The notes under the pieces were generated by a model that ran no database searches, was not told the origin of the DNA, and saw only the letters and a list, made by a program, of their open reading frames with translations. A stretch of DNA of 64,000 nucleotides from the NCBI GenBank assembly GCA_951406725.2, contig OX597823.1, positions 22,940,001 to 23,004,000 of the forward strand, in the 5' to 3' direction. Below, piece by piece: positions 1 to 15,420 of this stretch. How positions within the stretch are numbered: position 1 is the first letter of the stretch; the number at the start of each line of letters is the position of its first letter. A program made the translations under genes and the position numbers. This DNA comes from Octopus vulgaris (taxonomy: Eukaryota).

Positions 1-59
1 AATTTTATTTTATGATTATTCGTATTTTATTAAATACTTGTCCTGTTGTATATATTTTA

Positions 60-1250
60 TGCTTATATATACTGTTAATAATAATGGTTGTCTCTTGAAT
101 CTGAAAACAATGGTTAGGTTGCATGGTCAACATCTGTGGACACTCATGTGACTTCTTAGACTGAAGTGAAACACACTGATACAGCTGCAGGTCAGACAAG
201 GAACACCACTTGTTGAGATAGGAGCAGACACCTTTCCTTGTCTCTTATGACTTGCCCTGAGACAATGTATACACCAGTTGGTTTGGAAACTGTTTGCTGC
301 CAGGGGTCATAGGTTGTGCCACTAGGTCTGCTCAGTCCAGTTGTATTTATTTCATAGTTGTATATATTATTGAATATTTGTCTAATTGTATATATTTCTT
401 AGTTTTATCAGTCTCACTTTTATCTATGTAAAATTTTATCTATGCTTATATCTAGATTCTGATACTAGTCCTAGTGCAACAATTGCTTATTCACCTTATT
501 AAGTTGTTAAATGAGAATAAAACTTAATATTCAAAACAAGCAAAAAAATACACCAAGATAAAGTGAAATGTGCAAGTGAGTGTGACATTCCTTAACTTTG
601 CAGGCATTGCTAAATATATGTAATTATTTATAGAAAATCAAATGGAGCTAGCTTGTTGAAAGAAATACATCTAGTTACTGTAAGTTGTAGAGAAATCAAT
701 GGGTTTAGAAAGTTTTTTGATGTAGTGAAATAGCGGCCAGTGCTAATCAAGATAGTCAAACAGTAGAGAGAAGTTCAATAAGGTTGAGAAAAATTATTTT
801 TACACATTTTGTGAGGGTGAAGGCTGACTGCAATTATAAGTCAGCGGGTGATCTGGGAAGGAAGTAAGCAAGGCATGAAAGTGCAGATTGAAAAATAATT
901 TTTTTTTTAAATCATTAAAGTGGGAGTGTTAACTGTTGTAGGGTATAAGGTAGTATATTTTAAAAGGTAAATCTTTAAAGTTAAAGTAAACTTAAGAGTA
1001 GCCAGGTGAATATTGTAAAGTGTGGGTTAATGTATCTTAAACAGATGCTGATATAAGGGAAAATGTTAGTGTTTTTGATTGGTCAGTGAAAAGAGTGACA
1101 AGATAAAGTGTTGAGTAAATATTTAGCAGTGCAATCAACTCCTCTGCAGCCAGGAATGGAAGAAAATATTTTATACATATTATGATGGAAAAAGACAATG
1201 AAAATATGAGACAAAATTTATTGTTATTATTAAAAGACAATCTTTATATC
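60..1250 (-). mobile_element. Possible highly decayed LINE ORF1 (gag-like) remnant
   Basis: Minus-strand frames give knuckle-like fragments (NWCIHCLRASH near 250-285; LYQC...SHECP near 135-190) and PFLAAEELIA near 1135-1165. Many stops and frameshifts; tentative. Confidence 0.25.
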
Positions 1251-1375
1251 CAGCTTAACATAGTGCTATTGTTAGAATGTTGACTGTTGCATTATTTAAC
1301 TTCAGAGGACCTTTCATATGGACATATGGGGCATAAAAGCATACATATTTATATCCTTGACAGATAAGAATCGTT

Positions 1376-1762
1376 TGTGCATGATCTTGCAGGTGGGGCC
1401 CAGTTAGAATTTTCTTCAGGTCGAGTAGCCCATCCCACTCAAAAGGTCACTAAATAAGGGTTGTTCAAGGATGTTGAACAAAATACTCAGGTTTCCAGAG
1501 GTGAATTATTCAAACTCCAAAGAATTCCTCTCAACACATGGCTATGATGCTCCTCAAATATTTCTGCTTGTGATCAGAGATGCACATATTGTCAGCTACT
1601 AAGGGACATGCTCAACTGGTTATGGTCAAACAACTGACAAGCAAATCTGTGATATTGAGCAGAATATTCACTGTATCCCATCTTTTACACCAAAACAAAT
1701 CAATGTACATGATAACACTTCCAATCAGTTAAGCTCAGAAGCTATGAGAGTCACCAGGGCAT
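1376..1762. mobile_element. Truncated copy of a non-coding interspersed repeat (family E) ending in an (ATT)n tract
   Basis: Closely matches 15020-15420 (catga[c/t]cttgcaggtggggcccagttagaattttctt...cagttaag[c/a]tcagaagc). Confidence 0.85.
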
Positions 1763-1810
1763 TTATTATTATTTTTTATTATTATTATTATTATTATTAT
1801 CATCATTATT

Positions 1811-2183
1811 CAGTAGTTTTATTTTTATAGCGTGCTTTTACTTCACTACCGTGCACAGCTCTGTGTGCCTTGTGTATGTGCTGTGATTTGTTGTGATGCT
1901 CTGATGGTTACTGTATGGAAAGTGTTCTGCGTAGGATGTGTGCAGTGCCTAGTAGTGCAATTTTCTGTATGTTATATGTGTTTGTAAGTCCTGGCATTTT
2001 GGTTATGTATTTGTCAGAATATTTTTTTATCATGCCTAATGCACCTACTATGATAGGAATTGTTTCTATTTTTAGATTCCACATTCGAGTTACCTCTATT
2101 TCCAAGTCTTTGTATTTTGAAAGTTTCTCCATTTCTTTTAGAGATACGTTGTCATCTGCTAGAATTGATACATCAATTAGAAA
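1811..2183 (-). mobile_element. 5'-truncated R4/Dong-type RLE non-LTR retrotransposon (C-terminus and 3' UTR) inserted in (TAA)n
   Basis: Minus translation LIDVSILADDNVSLKEMEKLSKYKDLEIEVTRMW...PIIVGALG...ALLGTAHILRRTL* is the typical RLE C-terminus. About 100 nt of 3' UTR follows, with (TAA)n on both sides. Confidence 0.88.
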
Positions 2184-2184
2184 G

Positions 2185-2236
2185 CATTATCATTATTATT
2201 ATCATTATCATTGTCATTATTATTATTATTATTATA

Positions 2237-2308
<72 letters not shown>

Positions 2309-2310
2309 TA
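2185..2310. repeat. (ATT)n microsatellite
   Basis: Direct reading; source of the poly-Y/poly-I ORFs. Confidence 0.97.
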
Positions 2311-2320
2311 TGGTTTCCTT

Positions 2321-2930
2321 CTTCATCATTTAATGTCCATTGTCCATGCTGGCATGGGCTGGATGGTTTGACCAGGACTGGCAAGCTGGAGAGCTGCACC
2401 AGGCTCCAGTCTAATTTGGCATGGTTTCTATAGCTTGATGCCCTTCCTAACACCAACCAATTTACAGAGTATGTTGGGTGTCTTTTCATGACACCACATG
2501 AGCCCTTTTATGTGGCACTGACATGAGTGTTTTTATGTGGAACTGGCACAGGACTCTTATTGGCCAATCCTTTTCACCAGGGTGAGCAACCTTAATGCTT
2601 TTGCTGTGAAGTATAGGTCTTCTTGAGTACAGTAAAGCACCAGGTATCTTGGTCCTTTGTCATCTCATCTAAAAGGTTCAGCAATCTAGTCATCCTTTAG
2701 TACTTCGTTTCGTGTCTTCCTGATGGCACTACTCTACATATCTAGGAAATAGACTTCCTTCATTTCTTTATAAATTCCCTACATTCAGATCCACATCTCA
2801 CTACATACCAAACAGCATCATACTCTATTCACAAGCATCATGTAATATACCTTTTACTTTGATGGAAAGACACTTTGCTTCCAACAAAAGGAATTGGTCC
2901 CTGAACTGTTCTCAACCCATTTTCTTATTA
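2321..2930 (-). mobile_element. Decayed RTE LINE 3' fragment with (GAT)n-type tail
   Basis: Reverse complement of the RTE tail found at 26406, 32640 and 37080. Upstream minus translation FRDQFLLLEAKCLSIKVKGILHDAC..SMMLFG resembles the RTE post-RT region. Confidence 0.75.
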
Positions 2931-2934
2931 AGAC

Positions 2935-3069
2935 ATGTATGTTTGTATGTATGTATTTATGATGTATGTATGTTTGTATGTATGTCTGTATGTATTTATG
3001 ATGTATGTATGTTTGTATGTATGTGTGTATGTATGTATGTACGTACGTACGTATGTATGTATGTATGTA

Positions 3070-3104
<35 letters not shown>

Positions 3105-3335
3105 ATGTATGTATGCATGTATGTATGCATGCATGTATGTATGCATGTATTTATGTATGTATGTTTGTATGTACGTACGTATGTATGTATGTATGTATTT
3201 ATATATGTATGTATTTATGTATGTATGTATGTTTGTATGTACGTACGTATGTATGTATGTATGTATTTATGTATGTATGTATTTATGTATGTATGTTTGT
3301 ATGTACGTACGTATGTATGTATATATGTATGTATC
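2935..3335. repeat. Compound (TATG)n microsatellite with higher-order units
   Basis: Direct reading; gtttgtatgtacgtacgtatg recurs three times. Confidence 0.95.
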
Positions 3336-4387
3336 AATGTGTGAGTTTATATATTATTTGGGCATATATTTGGTTACATATGATTTGTTTCCTATTTATA
3401 TATATATATCATAATCCTCATTTAACATCCGTCTTCTATGCTGGCTTTGGAGGTCAGGCAGTTTGACAGGATCTGATGTACTGAGCTCTATACACATCTA
3501 TCTCTTCCACCTTACATCTCTTTATACTGATATTTCTCATCAACTGCATCTCCGCCTTTGTTCATCACTCACAATTTTTCCCTCTATCCCCATCTCTAAC
3601 CAACTGTTATTCTCTGCCCTCTTGCTTTTATATATGTATATGTGTGTGTGTGCGTCTGTCTGCATGTATTTATATACATGTGTGTGTGTATCTGTGTCTG
3701 TCTGTATACACACACACACTGTACTTTTGTTTGAAGCAGAAATTATTTTATTTATTTCTTGTGTATCTACAAGCAGCTAATTTTGTTTATAGACCTCCCT
3801 TTCCCCACCCTGCCCTCCAACCATACTTATTTAATAGACAGGTAAATTAATTTACAACAGTTTTTCTTTTATCCTTCAATTTTCCTTTATCTTAGTCTGC
3901 AAGGATTCATTTTATGACTAACGAACTGTCTTTATATTTTCTTTTCATGTCTAGTTTATTTATATACTTCTTATGATTATCCCCCTTTTTCCATCATTGT
4001 CGTCGTCGTCATCGTCATTATTTGTGGCAATAAACATTACATATATCCATTCCAAAGGAATTATCCTTTGTCTTGGAGTCAATTTTTCAGCCCTCATCAG
4101 CAATAAAACTTTTTATTTCTTGTCTTCAAATTATATAGTTTCATTTTGTTATTTAACTATTTTCATATTTTTTTTCTAATCATCATTTTTGTAATTACTA
4201 TTCAGATTTTTCAGTTCTTTGCATTCTTAGAACAAATTCCACCACAACCAACTTTCCTTTCCACCCTTTCAGGGTCAGTAAAATAAAGTACCAATCAAGT
4301 ACCAGTATCAGCTAACCTCCTCTCTCAAACTTCAAGTTTTGCATCTATGTCAGAAACAATTATTATTCCTTATTTATTTATTAATTT

Positions 4388-4597
4388 CCTAAACATAGAG
4401 GGGACAAACAAGGAAAAACAAAGGGATTAAGTCGATTACATTGATCCCAGTGCATAACTGGTACTTATTTAATTGACCCCGAAAGGATGAAAGGCAAAGG
4501 CGACCTCGGCGGAATTTGAACTCAGAATGTAACAGCAGATGAAATACCACCAAGCATTTTGCCTGGTATTCTAACAATTCTGCCAGCTCACTGTCCT
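4388..4597 (-). mobile_element. tRNA-headed SINE, family B (tail type ...ccctttgt...gtttag)
   Basis: Reverse complement matches 53020-53250. Confidence 0.88.
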
Positions 4598-4611
4598 TTA
4601 TTATTATTATT

Positions 4612-7025
4612 GTTTTCTTTCTTCAAATTTTTTTCCGTTTCTCGCCAAGTGTTTTCCGTACACCTAGGGCATAGAAGCTCATTGTATACATTCCCAGATT
4701 ACACGCGCAAATTCACAGGTAAAATATGTATTTAAAAATTAATAAATAAATAAATTCATGAGTGGATGTTGTTTTCACAACGATAATGCTCTTCTCAGTA
4801 CATAACCCATTCCAGTTAATACGAATTTTTGCCCTTTCTGTAGGGATGGTAAGCCTGGTATCATTTTCAAATAGGTTCCAATACCTTTTTTTATCATTCC
4901 TAGAGATCCTACAATCACTGGTACTGTAGTCGTTTTGAGATGCCACATTTTTTCAATTTCTATTGGCAAGTCTTTATATTTACTAATCATGTCAAATTCT
5001 TTTGCCGCTATATTACAAGGAAAACTCATGTCAATTAATAAAAACATCTTTTTTTCTGATCTTTTATAATAATATCTGGTTTATGAGCTTTTATAGTTTT
5101 GTCGGTATGTATGGGCAAGTCCCATAGAATTGCCACATTTTCTCCCTCAGTCACAGCTTAAGGATGGTGTTTATGCCATTTGTCAGAGGTTTTGATTTTA
5201 TAATGCCGACATATTGTCCAGTGTAAATACTGGCCAACTCTGTCATGTTTTGCTTTATATTCTACAGGTGCTAAGACTTTACAGCCTGAGATTAGGTGGT
5301 CTATAGTTTCAATCTCATCATTACAGAATCAGCATTTTGGGTCAGCTCCATTTTTTACATTGGCTTGGTAGTTCTGGATTAATAAGCTTTGGTCTTGAGC
5401 AGCTAATATGAAACCTTCACTCTCTGCTTTTAGCCCTGAGCTTCATAACTATTGGTGCGTGTGTTTCTGGTCAGCATCAGCTTTTTTGCTACGGGCCACA
5501 TACTTGCCATGCAGAGGTTTCTGTTCCCATCTGCTAGCTAATTTTTCATGTGCTTTTGTCTTTGCAATTAATTTTATTTTCTTTGCAGCAGCAGTTGGCA
5601 CATTTCCTTCAACCTGATCAATCTGGTAGGTATCTAATAGATAATAATTGAATTTTTTGCTCTCTTTGAGAATAGAGTGAAGTTTTTTCAGTCTTTCATG
5701 GTTTTCAACAAGTTTTAGCATCCAATTGTTGGTTGCTTTAAGGTATTTGGCCAGTCCGGTTGTGGTAGTTTTGTATGTAAGTTCAAGCTGGATCAAATCT
5801 CAACCTCCCTGAGCTCTGGGAAGGTAAAGGCAATCCACGTCTGCCTTTGGATGGTGCATCTTATTACAAGTCATTAGCTTGCAGATTTTTCTGTCAATTT
5901 TCATTATTTCACTGGTATTCCAGTTAAGCACATTGAAGCTATAAAGAACAACTGGTACTGCTAAGAAATTTATGGCTAACACCTTATTATATGCATTCAG
6001 CTCAGACTTCAAGACTGCTCAAACTCTTCTATAACATTCCTTTCTAACATTCTCTTTCATGCTTGCATGCTGGATACCAGAGCCTTCATTTATTCCTAGG
6101 AATTTATAGGTTTGTTCCTGCTCAAGTTCCTTTATTACTGTTTTGATTGAACTTGACTTTACCAATTTCCCTTTCTTAAAAGTGGCTTTGGCACACTTTT
6201 TAAGGCCAAACTCCATCCCGATATCATCACTGAGTCCTTTCACAGTATGTAGTAGTCCTTCAAGCTCTTCATCATCTTTGCGATATAGTTTTAAATCATC
6301 CATATAAAACAGATGGCTTATTTTCCTGTTGTCAATTTTGTAGCCATATCCTGTTCTATTCAGTTCACTTGAGAGTGGTATTAATGCTATACAGAAAATT
6401 AGTGGTGAAAGTGAGTCACCTTGGAAAATGCCACAGTTTATGCTAATATTGTTTGAGCGCAATACTCCATTAGAATGATATAATTGGAGCTTTGTGTTCC
6501 ATATTGACATATTATACTTTAAAAAATCTGAAATCACAGGAGAAATTTTGAAAATGTCCAGCGATTTCAGAATCCACGAATGTGGTATGCTGTTAAAGGC
6601 TTTTTTATAATCAATCCATGAAGAGCTGAAATTTCTGCGCCTGTTATGGCAGTTCTCAAGGATCATGTGATTAATTAGGAGCTGATCTTTGCATCCATAT
6701 AAGCCTCATCTGCATCCTTTTTGTTCAGTGGGAAAGAAGTTATTCTCTTCCATAAACGTATATGTTTTCTCTCCTAGAGTAGATGTCAAAATCTTATAGG
6801 TAGTAGATAAACATGTTATAAGCCGGTAGTTTTTTGGGTCTTTTGTTTTGTTATTTTGGAGGAGGAGGTAAGTAATACCATTTGCTATCCAATGGGGAGT
6901 TTTTTCCGGGTCTTTCATAATACTATTAAATAGTATTACTGACATTTTGTGTGCGGACAAGAGTGATGAGAGCCAGAAATTTGGTACTCTATCAATACCA
7001 GGGGATTTCCACTTATGAGCCTTCG
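4612..7025 (-). mobile_element. 5'-truncated R4/Dong-type non-LTR retrotransposon (RT + CCHC + RLE), disrupted ORF, inserted in (TAA)n
   Basis: Minus frames give WKSPGID, KNYRLITCL, WIDYKKAFNSIPHSW, GIFQGDSLSPL, HLFYMDDLKLY, ILAAQDQ, C*FCNDEIETIDHLISGC...HDRV and KPDIII..IDMSFP..KYKDL..VIVGSLG..LRRALSL*. Both ends abut (TTA)n. Confidence 0.93.
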
Positions 7026-7869
7026 TTATTATTATTATTATTATTTAGTAATAGCAGTGATAGTATTTTTATTTTCATCATTTAATCGGAATATGTTGCA
7101 CAGTGATGTTCATATCCTTTGCAGACTCTACTAGACTAATGAGGAGGATTCAAAACTCTCACCTGAGCTATCCAAGGTCAACTTCTTGGCTCTTGAAAAT
7201 ATGTACCTCCTTTGCTGCAGTAGCACCTACTTATATATTTAATTTGACAACTTTATTGGTGGGTGATAAAGCATCATACCACTTATTAGAATATCATTTT
7301 AATCTAAGTTGACTGATAATAAATTTTGTCATAATTCTGAAATAATTTGGAAAGTGGGCAATGATTTAAAAAGAGTTAAATAATGAATGGATATAATTGC
7401 ATATCATTGGTCTAGACACTCAGTTACAGCAGCTGTCCCTCACCATCATTCCTCTGACTTGGCAATAATCCTGCCAACTTTTAATGTTTAATAGGGAATA
7501 CATCAAGGCAATGATGAACAAGCTTTAACTCCATTACAGCTTTTATTTGATTTACATGTAACTATTATTTCAACTGTTATTAACAATTCTGTTTGAAGTG
7601 TGCTAGTTAGTGAAACCTGTAAAGTGACACACTAAAACTCACCAACAGCATTTTGTTTCATCAGTCTTATGTGCTGGGATCAAATCATCACAAGGTACCT
7701 ACTTTGCTTTGTTCTTTTTTATTCCTTTGGGATTGATGGTACAAGTATCAAGCATGTACTTAGTATTAGTTCAAAAAGACTGCTGAGAGGTAGAAGAACC
7801 AACACACTCTTATCCACAAATTTCTGGTCTTGAGCCTATGTAAGAAATTGTTATTGTTGTTGTTCTTGT

Positions 7870-9895
<2,026 letters not shown>

Positions 9896-11374
9896 TTATT
9901 ATTATTATTATTATTTTAGAAGTATTGGAATATCAAAAACAGCAATGCTGGACATTTTGTCCAGTACTTTGCATTAATGAGAAGTGATTATGAAGAATGT
10001 TTGCAATATAAGCTAAATTACTGAATTGGAAATTGTGTGTAGAATATTTGATATGACTACTGGGGTCATTTTGGGTTGTTGTGTATAAAAGTTATGAATC
10101 ATATCATCCTACAAACATGCTTTTATTTTTATTTGTTATCAAAATTATTATAACAATAATAATCTGTAGTGTATTTCTTACTTTCACTCCTACATATTAC
10201 TTTTTTTTTTTACGTAGGTCCTTGCACTTTGATAGATTTTTGACAATTTTTTTGATGAATATTCTAGTTAGAAGCAGCCGAAATATCCATCACAATATAT
10301 AGGTCTTCCTTACTCTCTTTAATCATGATATCTGAACAGTTTGATCACTGTCAGTTGAGACAGACATAACTATGAGTGCCATAGCATTGACATTAATCAC
10401 AACTTGGATTTGATGCTTGCTTGTACATTTATCTTTACGTTTGACATGGAAAGTTTTATAGCAGCATTTCTCCACCTTTATATGCTTCGAGCAGCCTTGA
10501 AATACACTCCATATTTCAAAGAAATTCCTACATGAAAATTATTGTATATCTTTAATCATCTTTTCCTTTTTCTTTCATGAAGTGAAATTTCATAAGAAAT
10601 TTAACAAATCATAAAACTGTCTTTGAATGTTAGGCAATATTAAAGCCATCAGACACATCAAAGAAAGCTTAAGAGATTTTTTTCTTGAGCAAAACCTTAA
10701 TTAGATCAAATTCCCCTATAATTCTCTATCAAGGGGTCATTTTTTTCATATAAGGCATCCTTACAAAAGGCTAGGATTTCCCTATGTTAGAGAATATGCC
10801 ACATGTATATATACAATAAAATTATGAGTATAAAAATGAATGTAAAAATAACCAAAAAATGCATTTATACATATCACCATTTCCCACAGTATCAAAAAGT
10901 CATAAAGAAAAGCATCTAGGAAATGCTGGTCGTATTTGGTTATATTCTAAAGTTCGTTCATTGTTATCGACGATGACTAAGAACATCACATGAGAAAAGA
11001 GGATGGATCACAGTATGTCCAGCTGTGGCCAACTAGTCTGATGTATGCTCAGAAGGTTCGGTCATAGGTCAGGCACAGGTGGTCTGCTGAGACTGAAGAC
11101 AAAAAGTTGGCTCTGAACTTGTGCAGCTCACATTTTCTTTATACTCCTGTTATATTCAGTCTTAACCAAGAATGAGCAACTTGAAGTAGGTAGCTAACTG
11201 GTTCTCTACATCATTAAATGTATAATCTAAAATTATTGATACATTTTCATTTTTGATATTTTTTCCTTTATTCTTCTATTGTGGCTAAGCATTGATGTCT
11301 TGCAGCTGAAGTCTAATCTTCTATTTTAGACTTTAGTTCAGAGTATTTGAGCCATTGCTGACTCTCTGACCAGC

Positions 11375-11690
11375 CAGTGGGTGAATTTGGTAGACAGAAA
11401 CTGAAAAAAGCCCATCATATATATACATATATATATGTATATGTGTGTGTGTATATGTGAAGACACATGGCTCAGTTTTTAGAGCGTGTCTGTATTTGTC
11501 CCTCACCACCACTTGACAATGATGTTGGTGTGTTTACATCCCCATAACTTAGCGGTTTGGCCAAAGTGACCAATAGAACAAGTACCAGACTTTAAAAAAA
11601 TAAGTCCTAGAGTCAATTTCTTCGATTAAAACCCTTCAAAGTACTGCCCCATCATGGTCACAGTCAAATAACTGAGACAAGTAAAAGACA
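11375..11690 (+). mobile_element. Family C SINE, partial
   Basis: gtgaatttggtagacagaaactgaaa...catcccataacttagcggtttgg...gtcacagtcaaataactgagacaagtaaaaga matches 42090-42365. Confidence 0.75.
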
Positions 11691-13259
11691 GAGAAACATT
11701 TTGTTTTCCAAGTCCCTTTACTAAACTAACCAGTATTTTTCAGACCCCACTGTGGTAATTTAGTAATAGTTCTTTCTCTATATAACAGACTTTTCCTCCA
11801 TGTATGTGTGATAAGTATATCCTGTCTGTATCAGCTTTTAGGATTGTAGGTTTGGAATGCAATTATATTTTTTTAGTTTTTGGCTTTGCTACCGAAGTTC
11901 CTGGTGCACTTAACACCCTATTTATTATATTAAAGCTGTAATTTGTGAATGAGTTGATTAATGTATTCATACCTATTATCAAATATCTGGCAGTAATCTG
12001 TAATATTCTTCTCTTCGTTTTTGTATATTGTATCTTCTAATTCTCTGATTTCAGTGTCTAACTCAACTTGATATTTTAAGTTTTAATTTATTTGCCTCTT
12101 CTGAGGGTATCTTTCACATTTTTGTCTAATTTCATACTCATTTTGATATTACTACTAAATCTATCTATAAGTATTTAAGTAGGTTCTCCAGTTGGGTGGT
12201 ACTTTTTGTGTATACAGAAGATTGAACATAGTTTCTTAATTTTTCCTTCTTTCCTCGAAGTATTTGTTATAAATGGAGTCAGAACAAGACAGAAAAAAAT
12301 TCTTCTTCTTATGAAGATAGAACTGGTTTTTATTATCTTTTCTATTTTGCTGTGATATGGATATTTTTCATTTGACATTGTATGGTTGATGTACTATCTT
12401 AGTATTAGGGTTACTGTTTATTTACTGTAACTCTACTCATGACCATCATCATCTTGTTTTTTACCATATTGGCATGCATCAACTGGTATCTCACAATGTC
12501 TTCACCATTTGTCATAGTACTTTATCATTTCTGGCATTCATAACAACAGAGCGACAACCAACCAACTTTGCTATTGTGTATATGTCTACTTTTTTTATAT
12601 TTATCAATTTTTTGTATGATTTTTGTGTATTGATGCCCTTTCTATTATAAAGTACTTTAAAGCATGACCTGCATATATTTTATCATACACTGGCATCGAA
12701 TAGGTTGCCTGTGGAAGAATGGAAGGATCCTAGATACTGAAATATGGAGTGTGGTTTCTGTTGAAAGATTTGCAATAATTAAATGTGGTGTACTTAGGTT
12801 TTGATTTCTGCAATCTTCAGTGAACTGAGTAGTTACTCATTTCACTGCTCTTTATATCAATTCTTCTTCTTCTCACCAACAGTTTTGTGTTGTGGTAAGG
12901 TGATACTATCCAGATAAACATCCAACCTGCTGTAAAGTGATGAAATGTTGAATCGTTGGAGCATTGTGGCATTAGTTTTAGATCCTTGCACTTATATCAA
13001 CTTATATCAACTTTGCCTACCATTTTCTTTGGGAAGGGTTTCATAAAATTAAATGCCAGTCTAGAGCAGTGGATTGACAGAATGGATAGAGCATTGTTTG
13101 AGATGCCTTGTGGTTGTTGTTCTTGGATAGTAGAATTAATCCATCACCTAATTTAATACCACTACCCAGTCCTTGGGTGACTTTAGCAGAGTTCACTCAA
13201 TTGCAAGCATTCAAGCCACGTCTCTGATTTAAAGATAACTTCCTTCTTTCATTCTCCAT

Positions 13260-13568
13260 TGTTTTGTTTGTTCCTTCTCGAGCCATGCCTGGCTCATAAG
13301 GCCCGGTTACCTGGTTTCTTGGCGTATAAGTTCCCCACCTGGACGGGACGCCAGTCTGTCGCAGGTGAGCTGCAAGATGCAGGAGGGAAGAGTAAGAGAA
13401 AGTTGTGGCGAAAGAGTCAGCAGAAGTTTCGCCATTACCTTCTGCCGGATCCGCGTGGAGCTTAGGTGTTGCACTAATAAACACACACATCGCCCGGTCT
13501 GAGATTAGAAACCTACGATCCCTCAGCCACGAGTCCGCTGCTCTAACCACTAGGCCATGTGCCTCCAC
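13260..13568 (-). mobile_element. Full-length tRNA-headed SINE, family D, with 13-bp TSD
   Basis: A box TGGCCTAGTGG; matches 43633-43932; TSD tttcattctccat (13247-13259) / tttcgttctccat (13569-13581); tail (AAC)-like. The internal cctgcgacagactggcgtcccgtccagg resembles the V-SINE central domain. Confidence 0.9.
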
Positions 13569-13747
13569 TTTCGTTCTCCATCAGTCTCAGTGGCCCTGAA
13601 AAACTATGGCTATAGGCACTGTCTTCCTTTCTAAATAAACAGTAAAAAAGAAAATATATATTGATATCAGAACTGTGTATATTATTGATAAACATATCAT
13701 TGGTCTAAAGTTTGTTTTGGTAGATTTGTATTATTTTTACCCTATAG

Positions 13748-14099
13748 CAATGATTCTCAAATAATGTACAGCAGTGCACTGCTTTGCTACACTGCAGTAT
13801 CACAAAGGATATCTAACTGCACCAAAAGGTGTATCTAGCTGCACCACAGATGTTTAAAAATATAATTTAAGGCTTTAGGAAATTCTAAACAAGTGCTTGA
13901 GTGTCTTAAAACTGTATTATTTACAAGCTTGTTTATACATAAATGTGATTAATTAAAGAAAGTAAGTAATAGTTTTCTAAATATTCTCTAAATTTTTAGC
14001 AAGAGTTTTTTTTTTTTTCTTAATTTCCATGTGAAGTGTGCCAGTAATTTTTATCTGATCTCCAGTGCAACATGAAATCAAAAAGATTGAAAACTACTG
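13748..14099. mobile_element. Decayed non-autonomous hAT/Charlie-like DNA element (MITE)
   Basis: Imperfect TIRs CAATGATTCTCAA ... TTGAAAACTACTG resemble Charlie CAGTGGTTCTCAA; no clean 8-bp TSD remains. Confidence 0.55.
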
Positions 14100-14309
14100 T
14101 TAAATATAGCCACCAGTTTTTTTTTTTGCATTATTTGTAATTAAGTGAATGCTGTTGTAGCTTTGTGTATACTCATTAACTGCTTTAACTAGAAATTGGA
14201 GACTCTATAAATTCTGGGTGCCCTCCAGTTGTTTAGTGGCCTTGAATCTGTTAGTAAATTCTCCAGTTACAATGTTCTTTCTATCCATTGTACATTTTCA
14301 CTGCAGACT

Positions 14310-14705
14310 CTTTTGTACATCTAACAAAATGGTTTGTAGTATTTCTTCCAGCTCTTTACATTCTGAGTTCAAATTCCCTCAAATTCCCTTTTATCCCTTC
14401 AAGTACCAGTTGAGCACTGGGGTCAACGTAATTGATTACCACTTTCCCACTAAACATGTCAGCCTTGTACCAAAATTTCAAACCATTCTTATTAATAATA
14501 AGATGGGAATCGTTAGCATGCCAGGGAAAATGCTTAATGGCATTTCACCAATCTTAACATTCTGAATTCAAGTTCCACAGGGGTCGACTTTATCTTTTTA
14601 CTTTTTAGGGTTGATAAAATAACTACCAGTTCCACACTGGGGTTGATGTAATTGTCTATCCCACTTCGCTGAAATTTCAGGCCTTGTGCCTGTAGTGAAA
14701 ACAAT
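14310..14705 (+). mobile_element. Two tandem family B SINE copies
   Basis: Two ctgagttcaaattc/ctgaattcaagttcc cores, each followed by (g)ccttgt(a/g)cc tails, then (ATT)n. Confidence 0.75.
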
Positions 14706-14715
14706 TATTATTAAG

Positions 14716-14769
<54 letters not shown>

Positions 14770-14863
14770 GTTATTATTATCATTATTATTATTATCAAAG
14801 CGGACGTTAAACGATGATGATGATGATGATTATTATTATCATTATTATTATTATTATTATTAT

Positions 14864-15420
14864 TGAGTGAGAGAGCAGTGCATGCCATCAAAGTGACACT
14901 GGGGTACAATTATATGAAGTGCAATATACCCATCATTACTACCTGTGTGATAAAGGTACACCAGGCACATGCATCACAACCATATGTGCACGACATGGTG
15001 ATCTCATATCAAGATCAACAGCACATGACCTTGCAGGTGGGGCCCAGTTAGAATTTTCTTCTAGTTGAGTAACCCATCCTGCTCAAAAGGTACCCGAATA
15101 AGGGTTATTCAAGGATGTTGAATGAAACACCTATGTTTCCGGAGGTGAATTATTCAAACCCCAAAGAATCCCTCTCAACACATGGCTATGATGCTCCCCC
15201 ACTACTTCTGCTTGTGATCAGAGATGCACATATTGTCAGCCACTAAGGGACATGCTCAACTGGTTACGGTCAAACAACTGACAAGCAAATCTGTGGTATT
15301 GAGCAGAATATTTGCTGTAGCCCATCTTTTATACCAAGACAAAACAATGTACATGATAACACTTCCAGTCAGTTAAGATCAGAAGCCACGAGAGCCACTG
15401 CTTGGTACTGCATCATGGTA

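Noticed and set aside
1915-3466. Long ORFs with poly-Y/I or MYVC repeats (and similar ORFs across the window)
   Set aside because: They are translations of (ATT)n, (TATG)n, (TA)n and (CA)n microsatellites.
4070-4104. Minus-strand CTGATGA..GAAA hammerhead-like core
   Set aside because: Only 5 nt (GGGCT) lie between the core halves, so there is no stem II, and no stem I or III pairing.
10280-13000. Possible decayed LINE ORF1 or PLE N-terminal coding remnants on the minus strand (Cys/His fragments near 10330-10420 and 12660-12790)
   Set aside because: Too degenerate to assign without a profile search.
15040-15110. HDV-like ribozyme in family E (minus strand)
   Set aside because: A consistent P1/P2/P3/P1.1 nested pseudoknot could not be built by eye.
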